In this document: one piece after another, positions 36,790 to 50,993 of the stretch
How the letters are laid out: each line of letters starts with the position of its first letter
How positions within the stretch are numbered: the first letter of the stretch is position 1
Assembly (NCBI GenBank): GCA_951406725.2
Contig: OX597824.1
Location: 38,812,001 to 38,876,000 of the forward strand
DNA length: 64,000 nucleotides
From: Octopus vulgaris
Taxonomy: Eukaryota
Reading direction: 5' to 3'
Made by a program: the position numbers and the translations under genes
The notes under the pieces: generated by a model
Told to the model about the DNA's origin: nothing
Databases searched by the model: none
Seen by the model: the letters and a program-made list of their open reading frames with translations, nothing else

Positions 36790-38077
36790 TGTGTGTGTCT
36801 GTGCATGACTGTGTGAGCATGAGTGAATCTTCTTGTCTTGACATAGCATGATATTTGTTCATTAGTTCCAATTAGTTTCATACATTTCCAATATTTTGCA
36901 AAACATGTCTGGTCATGCCGAAAAATTGTCTTGCCTGGAAATAAGGATTGGCGACAGGAAGAGCATCGAATCTCAGAATATCTGCCACAATGAAATTCGT
37001 CGGACTCACGCTATCAAGGGAAGAGTATACTTTAAAAAACGATGCCACACACACACACACACACGCACACGCACACACATACACATACACAAACACACTC
37101 ACACTGGTGGTGACGCTGGTGGTAGCGGCAGCGACCGAGATGGAATTGTGAGAATATCAAAGAGAGAAAATAACCACTAACTCGGCAAAAAAAAAAATAA
37201 TAATAATAATAATCCTTTCTACTAAAATGAACAAACGGACGCACAAACAACAAAAATCAGAAGAAAATTGCAAATAATAATAATATTTATTAACAAAGAT
37301 CTAGGAATACGAAAACAAAGATAAAAACTACATAAACAAACGATACCCCACCCCACCCAAAAACAAGAAAGAAAGGAAAGAAGAAAGGAAGAAGGAAAAA
37401 ATAAAAAAAAGAAGAAAGAAAGAAAATAACCGCGTAGTCTGAAAACTGAGTTGGTTGATGGGGTGATTGTGGAGGAAGGACCAGGGAGGCAGCAGTGAAT
37501 CTCCGGAAAATATATAATAAAATAAAAAGATTGTTTGATATTGTAGAAGTGGGGATGGAGTTGTGGTAGCGGAGGAAGGAGACTGATTAACCGGAAATGT
37601 AGTACCACTTGTCAGCTGTAAGTTTAAAGCTTTAAAGAACTAAACAACTTCACTGCAATCTTTTAACCAATACCTTCCTCTACACCTCCCATTAAACATA
37701 CGTTGATACCACTCGCAAAAATTAACAAAAAAAAAAAAAAAAACAATTTTGGTGAAGGTTGTTGCGTGTTGATAAATTCGAAATTAACTGCGACTGACCA
37801 GACCACTGAATAAAAATGTTCCATCCCGTCCAAATTTCTTGGTAACTGTACAAAATAATTCTTTCTCCATAATTGTAAATGGATAACGTTTCTTTAGTTA
37901 TTGCTTGTCATCTAGCCTCGTATGTCGTATGTGCACTCATCTCTCTCTCTCTCTCTCTCTCTTGTCTTTTACTCGCTCCACTTTCGCTGTACGATGTAAA
38001 ACCTGACTTGAGCAGTCTACCAGCCAATATTTGCAAAGGCTATAATTAAACATGCGAGTGTGAGTGTGCGTGTCGTA

Positions 38078-38108
<31 letters not shown>

Positions 38109-38234
38109 GTGTGAACACAAATTAAAATTTTCGACAGCTGTTTCGGTAGGATTGTGTTGAATCAGTTTACCACTTCTGGCATCCTACGTGTTGATGTTCC
38201 TAAATCCAAATAGATCTTCTAACTAATCTCTCTT

Positions 38235-38360
38235 TTTCTCTCTCTTTCACTCTCTCTTCTTCTTCTTCTTCTTCTTCTTCTTCTTCTTCTTCTTCTTCTT
38301 CTTCTTCTTCTTCTTCTTCTTCTTCTTCTTCTTCTTCTTCTTCTTCTTCTTCTTCTTCTT
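38235..38360. repeat. (TTC)n microsatellite
   Basis: Direct inspection; it accounts for the poly-E ORF. Confidence 0.95.
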
Positions 38361-38626
38361 TTCTCTCTCTCTTCTCTCTCTCTCCCTTTCTCTCTTTCTC
38401 TCTCTCTCTATAATAATGATAATAATAATAATAGTATTTTATAAGCTTAAAGCTTATAGCGATCACCGCGCAATGACTAAAGAAAATAGTCTAATAATGG
38501 GGCATATAAGCCCACGACGGAGTAAAGTAGGTTTTCCTGTACTCGTCGAACCCGAACAAACACCTCATTATTTACGCGACCAAGTGTGCTACCGATTACT
38601 CCAAGATTTAGGCTTATAAAATATCA

Positions 38627-38681
<55 letters not shown>

Positions 38682-38718
38682 TACAGAATTGTAAAAATCG
38701 ACGTTGCTTAACAAAACC

Positions 38719-38764
<46 letters not shown>

Positions 38765-38933
38765 ATGCATGCATGCATGCATCCATCCATCCATCCATAC
38801 ATACATACATACATACAAACATACAAACATACATACATACATACATACATACATACATACATACATACATACATACATACATACATACATACATACATAC
38901 ATACATACATACATACATACATACATACATACA

Positions 38934-38965
<32 letters not shown>

Positions 38966-39242
38966 CATACGCGGACACATATTATCCGATTCACCAGATG
39001 TCACGTTTTCGAAACTGAGTCACAGAGCGATTAGTGAAGTTTTAAGTTATCACTGGTATGAGATTCTTGTGTGATGAAGATGGCAAAAATCGTTGGGCTT
39101 ATATCGTCAGCAGTGGGAGTTGAACGAACACTGCATGTACACACACACACACACACACACACAGTCACACACACACACGCACACACACATGCATACGTAT
39201 ATACATATATATGTGTATATATATATATAATATATATATGTG

Positions 39243-39373
<131 letters not shown>

Positions 39374-39534
39374 GCAAATTGAGGAGTTGCAAGTGCAACC
39401 CTCCATGGGATAACATATATCCAATGTACTGCTAGTAAAGCACCCAACAAATGTAGTGGTTTAATAAATTATGTGATTGTGTATTATCTGGTAGTTGATC
39501 ATTGATTAAGATGTGTTTCTCCATTTTCTTATTT

Positions 39535-39579
<45 letters not shown>

Positions 39580-39655
39580 GTAGATAGATAGATGGATAGA
39601 TAGATATATGGATAAATAGATGGATAGATCGATAGATAGGTAGATATATGGATAA

Positions 39656-39737
<82 letters not shown>

Positions 39738-40467
39738 TCATAGATACATAGATACATAGACAGATAGCAAGCGTACAAGCATAGTTGGAAACATTATACA
39801 TATATGCATTCATATATATTTTTATTTATCCATACACACACACAAATACTCCTGCATCATTCATCTACACATCAGTACGTGCATACACACCCGAACATCA
39901 TGAGAAATAACAACAGCAACCACAACATAGTCCACCACCACCACCACCACCACAACGTGTACTTTCCTCTATCCATGCCCCACAAAGAACCCACACCACA
40001 GGAAGTCATCGTTCTTTTATTCCACCTGTCTCTAAACATATTTTTGTTCCAAACATCAAAGAAACTTGGTAAAAACTCTTTTTCTCTTTTTACAATTTCC
40101 TTCTCTTGATTGCCTGTGTATGTGTCTGTGTATTATATATAAAGGGGGGAGGTGTTTTGATCGTGTGAATGCGTCTGAAGGGGGTACTTTCGTTTTAATT
40201 GATACACACAGGCACATATATACATAACGTACATATATATATAACGTAAATTGATATATAAACTGTATATCTGCATAGATATATGTATACACACACTCAT
40301 CAGTAAATACTCTTATTTGCCGCTTAACGAATATATATATATATTGTGTGTATACATATATACATTTGCAGGCTGTGCTCTAGCATGGCCCCAGCCCCTG
40401 ACTTAAACAAGTAAATTAATAAAAGAATATATATGCACCGCCCCGCATACGTATATATGTATACACA

Positions 40468-40511
<44 letters not shown>

Positions 40512-40519
40512 TGTATCTA

Positions 40520-40631
<112 letters not shown>

Positions 40632-41279
40632 ATCTATCTATTTATCTATCTATCTATATATGCATATATATATATATGCGTGTGTGTATGTGTATGCATG
40701 CGTATGTGTATGTAAATATACGTATGTATATATTTGTATTTATTCACACACACACTCGTACATATATGTATGCAATATCACCATACCTATATCTGTGTGT
40801 GTGTGTGTGTGTGTCTGTGTGTACTGAAACAAGCATGTGTTCGTGTCCGTCGTCCCGCTGTTCATGATGTTGCACATCGGATGTTTTTGTTTGTGATGAG
40901 TTAAGAGTTTCTTTTAGTAATCGTTAATAAAACTATTGAATAATGTTGCTTTATGTTTGACGATGTCGATATCGTCTGAACAATACTATTTTTGAGACCT
41001 TTCTTCATGTATATGTTATTATGTAGTGTTTGGCTGTGTATGTGTCTGTCTGTTATCGCGTATATATGTACTGCTTGTTTTATGAGAGTGTGTTAATGTG
41101 TTTTTATGATGTCTTTATAACAAATTTCATGTTTTTAGCTGTTTTTGTTATAAGGTGCAGTAAACTCTTTTTTCACTTGAGTGCCTGAATAACATCTTAT
41201 AGCTTCATCAGAGCCTTGAATATGAAGAGCAATGCCTAAGTGAAATAGTAATATATATATGTGTGTGTGTGTGTGTATG

Positions 41280-41351
<72 letters not shown>

Positions 41352-41375
41352 CATACACACATAGAGGCACACAGG

Positions 41376-41470
41376 AAACTGCAACGTAACCGACCAGACA
41401 TCACTCTCCTTGGGAAGGAGTTCAAAGGTGGATCATCATCGATGTAGCTATACCTGCAGACCGAAATATT
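41376..41470 (+). mobile_element. R4/Dong-type RLE endonuclease fragment
   Basis: KLQRNRPDITLL...IIDVAIPADRNI (PD..D motif). Confidence 0.65.
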
Positions 41471-41680
41471 TTTTCTATTCTAGGCGCAAGGACCGAAATT
41501 TTGGGGTAGGGGGCCAGTCGATTAGATCGACCCCAGGTATGCAAATGGTACTTAATTTATTCATCCCGAAAGGATGAACGGCAAAGTCGACCTCAGCAGA
41601 ATTTGAACTCAGAACGTTAAGACAGACGAAATTCTGCTAAGCATTTCGCCCGGCGTGCTAACGTTTCTGCCAGCTCGCCG
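41470..41680 (-). mobile_element. SINE family B
   Basis: Head cggcgagctggcagaaacgttagcacgccgggcg and the conserved central block. Confidence 0.85.
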
Positions 41681-41689
41681 CATTTGCAG

Positions 41690-42090
41690 ACCAGAATATT
41701 GTGAAGACGGAGGACGAGAATGTCTGGAAGCATTTTGAGATGGTTACAAGTGCACCGATCACAATTGGTACCATACTCACTTTCGAGGCAGAATGAATTC
41801 TTTTCAGTTCCGATCCTTGGTTTTGGTGCTTCCTGACATTCTCGTCCTCTGTCCTCCCAGTATTCTGATATGTAGGTGTAACTAATTCGATGAAGATCCC
41901 TCCTTAGAATTCTTTTCATAGGGTAGTGATATCTGGTCGGTTATGTTGCAGCTTAACTGTGTGTACTGGAATATCCCATGTAAGTATCACCTGATCATTC
42001 TCTGCTACTCCTAAAGGTTGATGCTCATAACACTTGCTGGAACCTTCTAGCCCATAATTTTTGTATAATTCATTTTGCAGTATATTTGCA
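41690..42090 (-). mobile_element. Decayed R4/Dong-type RLE endonuclease fragment
   Basis: YEHQPLGVAENDQVILTWDIPVHTVKLQHNRPDITTL parallels YRHTPEKVTENEKATILWDMPIHTDREIKANRPDI at ~52450-52560. Confidence 0.7.
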
Positions 42091-42528
42091 CTGCATGTAC
42101 ATACACACACTCACACGTTCCCACACGCACACACGTCCCTACACGTATACACGCACACACATTCACAAACCTGTCAATATAGCTGCTGACCTTCACCACA
42201 CACATATGTATGCACATACCGATCATCTTCACACCTTCCTGTCTCAGAAGCAGTTTCTCTTCCACCTTCTACTTCCTGTCACTTCAGAATTATAACCGTA
42301 CGTGGGATGTTGGCGATTTTTTCTTCATCCTTCTTTCCCGTTGAACTGCCCTGTCTTTCCTGTTTCCGACGAAGGGCTATGCGCAAAATATAAAACAACA
42401 ACTCTCTTCTTTCTCCGAGCGTCGTATTAATACTTAGCTTGTGCTACGTTCACACGTTTGTTTTTTCTTTTTCTTTTTGCTCAGTTTTTCTTGAGTGACT
42501 ATACGTACATATATACATACAAACATAT

Positions 42529-42562
<34 letters not shown>

Positions 42563-42631
42563 ATGTACATGCCTATATAAATATATATGTATATATACAT
42601 ATAAACATACACACACATGTATATTCATGAG

Positions 42632-42662
<31 letters not shown>

Positions 42663-43450
42663 AGAAATGTAACACGTGTAATGGGGAATAAATGACGACT
42701 AGAAAATTGATAATCTTCTGTTTTGATACGTAAATACTTTCCAAAAATATTTTTCCCACTATTTTTCAATTTTTTTACTCATGTCTCACATAAATCCATC
42801 CGTCCATCCATCTATATAGATGGATAGAATATATATATGTACATACATACATATATATGTATATATATATACATATATACATATAATTGTAAAAGTTCGT
42901 TATAGGAATGACGATACCATAAACAAGTATAAAAATGGAGAAAAGTTGTTAAAATCAAAATTGGATTTAATACATACGAACGTTTCAAAAGGTAATACAA
43001 ATATTTTAGAAAAAATATAATAATTATAATTAAAGTTATGCATTGTCACTCTCATCAGTGTGAAGAATTTAAGGAAGAAAATCAAAAAAGTTATTAATAA
43101 AAGTCAATAAGGAAAAATAGATTGGGTAATAGGGAAAATTCAACCGCATACTGAGAAACAAGTTGTAAAAGGGAAAAATGATAAGGGAAGCGAAAAAAAA
43201 AGACATATCAATGTGTATGCAAGTCTATTTGCGCAAAAAATCTATAACTTAAAATGTTTAACGGTTATATTTACAAAAATAGTAAAATATCAAGACGAAA
43301 CCTAGTGTGAACAAACACACGTGTGTCTAGCGTACATAGACATCACGTTCACTAACACAAAAGAAAGCATAGAGAGTTACACGTATATATATTTATATTG
43401 AAAACGAAAAAATATTATGATAATAAGCGTCTAGTAAATAATAAAACTAT

Positions 43451-43868
43451 CTTCTTTTTTATCTTTTATCTTTTACTTGTTTCAGTCATTTGACTGCGGC
43501 CATGCTGGGGTACCGCCTTTAGTCGAGCAAATCGACCCCGGGACTTATTCTTTGTAAGCCCAGTACTTATTCTATCGGTCTCTTTTGCCGAACCGCTAAG
43601 TGACGGGGACGTAAACACACCAGCATCGGTTGTCAAGCAATGCTAGGGGGACAAACGCACAAACACACACACATACACACACACATATATATATATACAT
43701 ATATACGACAGGCTTCTTTCAGTTTCCGTCTACCAAATCCACTCACAAGGCATTGGTCGGTCCGGGGCTATAGCAGAAGACACTTGCCCAAGATGCCACG
43801 CAGTGGGACTGAACCCGGAGCCATGTGGTTGGTTAGCAAGCTACTTACCACACAGCCACTCCTGCGCC
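43451..43868 (-). mobile_element. Full-length tRNA-derived SINE family A
   Basis: Head ggcgcaggagtggctgtgtggtaag (A box) and gggttcagtccc (B box), internal (TG/TA) tract, tail gactgaaacaagtaaaaga. Confidence 0.9.
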
Positions 43869-44462
43869 TATATTTAAAATTCATTTAGTTTACCAACAGT
43901 TATGAGCATGAAGCAATGAAAAAAATTTAAAAACTTAATAGGGAAAAAACCACCATCACAACAGCAATACACACCGCTACTGAAAAAAAATTAGAAAAAT
44001 ATATATACATGCTCCATTAAAAAATCTCCAATTTAAAATATGTCCGGTATAGGGGAGATAATCAAAAGTGAATAAAAATAGAAAAATATTAGGAAGGAAA
44101 AAATTATTATTAATTTACAAGGATAAATACGTATACATCTAACACATAAAAATATACACACATACATACACACACACGTACACGTGCATGAGAGCATGTG
44201 TATGGGAAAATAGATACATATAATATAATTAACAAACACGTATTCACAAAAAACAAATATACATATATATATCCATATATATATGTACACATATATACAT
44301 ACACAAACATATACACATACATATACACATGTACACATATACATACACATACATATATACAGATACATATATAAAATCCATAAAACATATATATATATAT
44401 ATATACAAACACACATACACACATACATACATACATACATAGATACATACATACATACATAT

Positions 44463-44521
<59 letters not shown>

Positions 44522-44689
44522 AGTATACATATACAGACATTGAAATATGCACATATGGAGACGTATACATGTGTGTGCAAGTAGGTGGTCTAGTAATAAC
44601 GAATTAAATAGGGATAATAAAATAGAATAAGAACCAATTAGAAAAAGATGGGGTTATCAATAAAGAAAACCTTTTAAGGTTAATGAAAA

Positions 44690-45573
44690 GAAATTTAGGC
44701 ATATGTTTACAAGAAAACGCTCTCTCATCTCTCCAATTTAAGATAGAACCGTTCATCTTCATAATTATATAAGACTCTTCTAGGCATAACAAACAAGTTT
44801 TATTGCTAATCCTATAAGAAGGAGCAGAAGAAACAATATTACAAGAAACTGAGAAATTTATTATCTCTTTTAAGTTGCATGTCCTTTTTTGATAAACTAG
44901 TACTACTTTCTTTCCGAGGATCATTAAAAAATGATTTATAATTATTCGGACGTAATTTAAAAGGGGTCTTTGTACAACCTATATAATGAATCTTAGCGAG
45001 ATCATGGGTTATAACAGTAGCTTTATATACTACATTTTTCTTTTTACAATTACCTTCAACTTCACAGGTGTTTGGGTTTCTACAGTTACAATTATTACTA
45101 ATATCAGGCGTTCTATTCTTATGTGTATACGTATTAATAGAGATAGGGGTAGCGTGAGTATGAGAATTGTTGGTATTAGATACGGAGCTATTGGAATAAT
45201 TGGGGTTAATATTTGTAGTAGAGGAGGTTAATTCATTGTAGTAATGATTTAATTTTCTATTGTTAAAGGAAGAAATAATCCCAAATAAGTTGGGAGAAAC
45301 AGAAAGACCAAATTTAATCATTTTGTTATTAAATATCTTAGCATACCTAGAGTTACTAATGTTTGATTTAATAATGGAACGAATAGACTTTATAAAATTT
45401 GACTTCAAATGTTTAGCAAAAGTAAATATAATCCAAATGATGTTATTGGTGTTTCTTATTGGTATGGTGGTTTGTATTAGACGGGTCACCCATTCGAATA
45501 TATAGTATAGGTTTCTTTTTACCTCTAATACTATTATTATTATTATTATCATTATTATTATTATTATTATTAT

Positions 45574-45670
<97 letters not shown>

Positions 45671-46320
45671 GTTATATTGAGCATCATTAAAATTGGTGAT
45701 GTATTTATGTGAGTTATTAAGGGGATGTGATGAAATGGGAGATTTGTTTGTAAAAATTTTGTTTCATGTTACTATTTCTAGCTATGTTAATGTTTTCCCC
45801 GTAATTACTCTCTGTAACATTACAATTAGTCATATTATTAGTAATATTGGTATTGGTAATTATCTGGTTAGTAAAAGTCTTATTAATTGGTCCATTGTAG
45901 TTTTAAAAAGTTTGCTTTATGGTTAAGTTATCATTATGAATACAATTCATAGAATTAAGTTGCTTGCCAAGGTGTTCTAATTTATTACGGGGTGTAAATT
46001 TGTTAGTGTGTTTATTGAAATTCTTATCCATATAACTATTGGTATGATTAGACAAATCATTGTTAATTTTGCTGCACTTAATTTGATATTTATAACCAGC
46101 TTTCCAAAGTATGCAAATTAGGAACTCCTTCATGGAGTAAGTGCTGTATTTGTTGAGTATATTAACAGATTGGCAGCTTGTTTCTCTGGAGACTGTCAGA
46201 ATGTTGTAGACACTTCTGAGAAGAAACCAATAGGGTTCGAAAATCGGTTAAGGTAGATCATCGTATTTTCAGTCTGAGGAGAAATGGCTAAAATTTGCCC
46301 TGCTTATAATTATGCCATAT
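44690..46320 (-). mobile_element. Decayed AT-rich Penelope-like element, second lineage (thumb, linker, GIY-YIG)
   Basis: KAGYKYQIK..NIIWIIFTF..KIFNNKMIKFGLSVSPNL..IISSFN..CNCRNPNTCEVEGNCKKKNVVYKATV..YIGCTKTPFKLR..STSLSK..APSY..CLLCLEE..ILN..SCKH. Interrupted by (TTA/TAG)n. Confidence 0.85.
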
Positions 46321-46324
46321 GATA

Positions 46325-46375
<51 letters not shown>

Positions 46376-46516
46376 CTTAATAACTCACATAAATACATCA
46401 CCAATATGTTTGTGTGTCTGTGTTTGTCACCCCAACATCGCTTGACAACTGATGCTGGTGTGTTTACTTAGCGGTTCGGCAAAAGAGACCGATAGAATAA
46501 GTACTAGGTTTACAAA

Positions 46517-46566
<50 letters not shown>

Positions 46567-46567
46567 C

Positions 46568-46965
46568 CTTTATTCTTTTATTTGTTTCAGTCATTTAGCT
46601 CCGGACAAGGAGCACCGTCATAAAGGGTGTTAGTCAAAGACATCGACCCCAGGACTTATTCTTTGTAAACCTAGTACTTATTCTATCGGTCTCTTTTTGC
46701 CGAACCGCTAATTACACACACTAGCATCAGTTGTCAAGCGATGTTGGGGTGACAAACACAGACACACAAACATATACACACATATAAACATATACATATA
46801 TACGACGGGCTTCTTTCAGTTTCCGTCTACCAAATCCACTCACAAGGCTTTGGTCGACCCGAGGCTATAGTAGAAGACACTTGCCCAAAGTGCCGCGCAG
46901 TGGAACTGAACTCGGAGCCATGTGGTTGGTAAGCAAGCTACTTACCACGCAGCCACTCCTACGCC
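46568..46965 (-). mobile_element. SINE family A
   Basis: Same head, body and tail as 43451-43868. Confidence 0.9.
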
Positions 46966-47140
46966 TATGTATATACTGGCACATATACATATACATTTAT
47001 CTCGTTTCTCTATGATTTCCAGGTATTTTAACACCACCCGAATTAAAGAGGATATAAATACATTTTTACACCTAAAATCACAGTCTGTCCACGAACTAGC
47101 AAAGCATATGTGTGCAATATTGTTTATATGTGTACGTGTA

Positions 47141-47181
<41 letters not shown>

Positions 47182-48185
47182 TTATAAGTAGATACATATT
47201 TATATATATATTGTTATATATACATACATACATACATACATATATATATGTATATAATCAAAATAAGCAATAAGAATATATGTGTGTGTGTGTGTGTATG
47301 TATATATATATATATATACTAATATATATATCGTATATTTATGTGTAGTGTTTTCATGTGTTTGGGTATGTATGTGTATGTATGTGTGTGTGAGCGCGCA
47401 TCCATGCGTATGTGTGTGCGTGCGAGTGCGTATCCATGTGTGTGTGTGTGAAGTTCTGTACTCTCTGCTTTCCTTATATACATATTTGTGTCTCTGTAAT
47501 TCAGTGTCAATGTTGTTACATACGTAAATGATAATATGAATGCGTGCAGGATATACGCGTCTTCGTTTTTACTTTCTTTCTTTTTTGCTGCCTTCCTTCC
47601 TTTCTTTCTTTCTTTCTTTCTTTCTTTCTATCATCCTTTTTTTTTGTTTTCTTGCCATCCTTTGATTCATTTTGTATATATTTATTGGTTTATTCTTTTA
47701 CTTTTCGTCTCGAGCTACAGTTGTAGTATTTTGTTGATGTTCCTGTGGTGCTTTTTGTTAAAAGGTCTGTCAGAGTTCTGTGATGTTAACACCGTGGCTT
47801 GTTTTTCATTTTACTTGTTATTCAGCTGTTTTTCTTGTAGTGGTGATAGTAGTAGTAGTAGATGTTGTTGTTGTTGTTATTGTCGTTGTTGTGCTGTTTT
47901 CATCAAAGCCTTCTCTCTTTTGTTAAGGATCTTGTTATTTTCTTAGTTAATTTTATTCTGGCGGTCATACATACATGAGGTATTTGATATGTTTAACATT
48001 AATATCGGCAAAGATTCGTGGGTGCAAACACGCACGCACACACGCATATATATGCATATACATATACTTAATGATTCTACGTGCGTATGTGCCCATGTGT
48101 CTGTATATATACGTATATATAGATGTGCGTATGTTTCTGTGAAGTAGTGTGTGTCTATATAAATATATATATATATGAAATCCAC

Positions 48186-48277
<92 letters not shown>

Positions 48278-48337
48278 TAACCACATGTGAATCGTAGGCG
48301 ATTTTCTTCTCCCGTCTTCCTTTTCTATTGAACTTTC

Positions 48338-48385
<48 letters not shown>

Positions 48386-48390
<5 letters not shown>

Positions 48391-48416
48391 GACGAGCTCT
48401 GCTCGAAACATTAAAC
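48386..48416 (+). ncRNA. Minimal hammerhead-like motif, stem I lost to (TC)n
   Basis: CTGAAGA c gagc-tct-gctc GAAA ca TT aaac. The 5' strand of stem I is replaced by the microsatellite. Confidence 0.45.
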
Positions 48417-48511
48417 CGTCTTTCTTTCCTTCCCTGAGCGTCTACTAATACTTTACATGTACCTCGTCCTCGCGTTGTTGTTTCTTTTTTGTTTGTGCTT
48501 GTTTTTGTTGC

Positions 48512-48547
<36 letters not shown>

Positions 48548-49252
48548 CATAAATAATATATAAATATACGCATATATACATATATGTACATATCTACATA
48601 TATATGTATATATACATGCATGTATGGGTATAGGACATTAAAAAAAAGTAGACAATGAGAAACGAGAACATAAAAAACAAAAACATAGAAAACGAACTTT
48701 TTTCGAACAACGAAAAAACCAAACAGAGAAACGACGACATGCAACATAAAGAACATTCTCTACATCACATATACATATGGAATGCATATATACGCTCACA
48801 CAAAAACAGTAATGTAATATACACACTTGTATTCTGTTGTGACACATACAGCCATGAGGCCAAGTTTATACATCTATATACATGCATATCAGTTCAGGTA
48901 TTGACAAAATCTAAGTGCTGTCTTGATTTAAACAGAACCTTACCACTGTTAGTGACCGGCTAGAATTCTGCAAATGAAAAAAATACATTAAAATAAATCC
49001 GAAAGAAAACAAGAAAACACCCCCCCACACACACACACACAAGCAAATAAAAACGTCAAAAGCAACAAATGTCAATTACACAGTAAATATATTAGATTGA
49101 CGCTCAGTGAAGCATTTAGATGGAAAATTAGCAGTAGAAGTTGACGTTTCGGGCTTCGTGTCATCGTCGGAAAGAGGAAAAATTCCCGAGAGGAGAAAAA
49201 GGAGGAAGGAGCAGATAGTCCGAGAAAAGCACGTGTGTCGTTACATGGCTGA

Positions 49253-49298
<46 letters not shown>

Positions 49299-49324
49299 TT
49301 TATTTAAAGCAGCAGAAAATTCAA

Positions 49325-49374
49325 CAAAACCTGTTACTCTGAGTTTCACGTTCCCGTTCGTCGGACAGTTTTTG
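49325..49374 (-). ncRNA. Type I hammerhead motif with CCGACGA core variant
   Basis: Minus strand: caaaaa ctgt CCGACGA acg-ggaa-cgt GAAA ctc-a-gag TA acag gttttg. All three stems pair, stem II has a GNRA loop, and the triplet is GUA. Confidence 0.7.
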
Positions 49375-49498
49375 CTAGAATAGAACCGATATGTCAATTC
49401 AATCCAGACTAGTATAAACGCTACACCTTTAAAAATGGACTTGTTTGATTGGTCCTTTACAAATAACGGTCAATTTTCGAGCGATAAACAAAAATGAG

Positions 49499-49568
<70 letters not shown>

Positions 49569-50616
49569 TAAATTCGAGGAAAAAACCTTACATCGAATCT
49601 TTGGTTAAAATACATATTGTCATTAATAAAGGAAATATAATTAATACATGGAAATTGAAATTAAAATGTTAAAATGCATTAAAATATTACAGAACAGTAC
49701 ATATTCATACTAAACTATACATATATACACCAACATACACAGATAGATGTGCGCAGACCACATACATATACAGACATATAAATACAAAGCTAAAATATAC
49801 ACACAAATGCATGTGCACATATGTATACGCAATCAAACTCGCATGCAAAATCATTGTTTCCATATAGACTATAAGCTAAATTCATGGATGGGGAAGGGGC
49901 GTTCTTATTTACAACAGAAAGCTAAAGACATGAGTAAGGGAGGGGGGACATAAAGTTACAGGGCTCTATACAAGTAACGAATAGGGAGAGAAAAAAACGA
50001 AAGAAAGGAAGAGAGAGAAAAAAGAAAAAGAGAGAAGGGAAAAAGAAGGAAATGAAAGAAGAAAAAAATTTTATACAAATTGTGTAAGCACATATACTGA
50101 CACATATATATAGAGACAAGTACGCAAACACACAAGTTCAAGTGGATACATACATACACATACAATCGTGTATGTATGTGCTTAAGTACAAACATACGCT
50201 CACTTACACATATTCAAAGACGTATGCTTACAAATGCATATTCATGGCAATACACATATTTACATAAAAATGCCTAGGATCTGACAACATTGCTTTTTAA
50301 AAAATGGTGAATGTGTAATAATAAAAATTAGACGAAAGACATGCAAAATATAACACCCTATTTCGGATCATCTATAAATTAAATACCAAAGTAAGCCTAT
50401 ACAATATAATAAAATGAAATAAACTAAGTCGAAGGTTTTTCCTAAGGAATATGTAGAAATATAAACAAAATATATGCACAAGACTTTGCTATACGGAATG
50501 AAATCTGCATAGCGCGAAACAAATCCATCGGTGTGATTACAGACTAGTCCAAGAATCAAAAATAAAAAAAAAAACAAAATATACTCTATCCATATGGGAT
50601 ATCTATGTTTGACATT

Positions 50617-50993
50617 TTAAAGCTGAAGTTGTCTGTGTGTGACAGGTTTGATAGCCTTCAACTAAAACTATCTCCTCCGAGACCCTGCGGCGCAAGTTGA
50701 CCAAATGTTAGAGTATCATAGAAGAAGGCTTGCTCTTCATTCCGTAGAAGATAAAATTCAAATCGGACCATGTTAAGACCAAAAATTAAGACCAAACAGG
50801 TGCTTTTTTCTATGAAAATCCCTATTTTTTACGATTTTTTGACTGCTGTGTCGCCATTTTTCGGTGTATTTCAACCAGAAAAATGTTCATTTAAAGAGAA
50901 TAACAAGCTACATAATGCGAACTTTTTACTTTTCAAAAATTCCAATTTTAAAGGGTCAAAACAAACCCGAGCAACGCCGGGCGATACTGCTAG
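50617..50993 (+). mobile_element. Non-autonomous Helitron (5' end uncertain)
   Basis: 3' end acaaacccgagcaacgccgggcgatactgCTAG|t is identical to 2340-2372. The 5' aagctgaagttgtctgtgtgt resembles the start of the 1860 copy. Confidence 0.75.

Noticed and set aside
37591-37623. CCGGAA (ETS-like) / ACTACATTTCC motif followed by a GTAAGT donor, possible promoter or first exon
   Set aside because: Short motifs only and cannot be supported without transcript data.
41165-41215. Minus-strand CTGATGA...GAAA
   Set aside because: Stems I-III do not pair.
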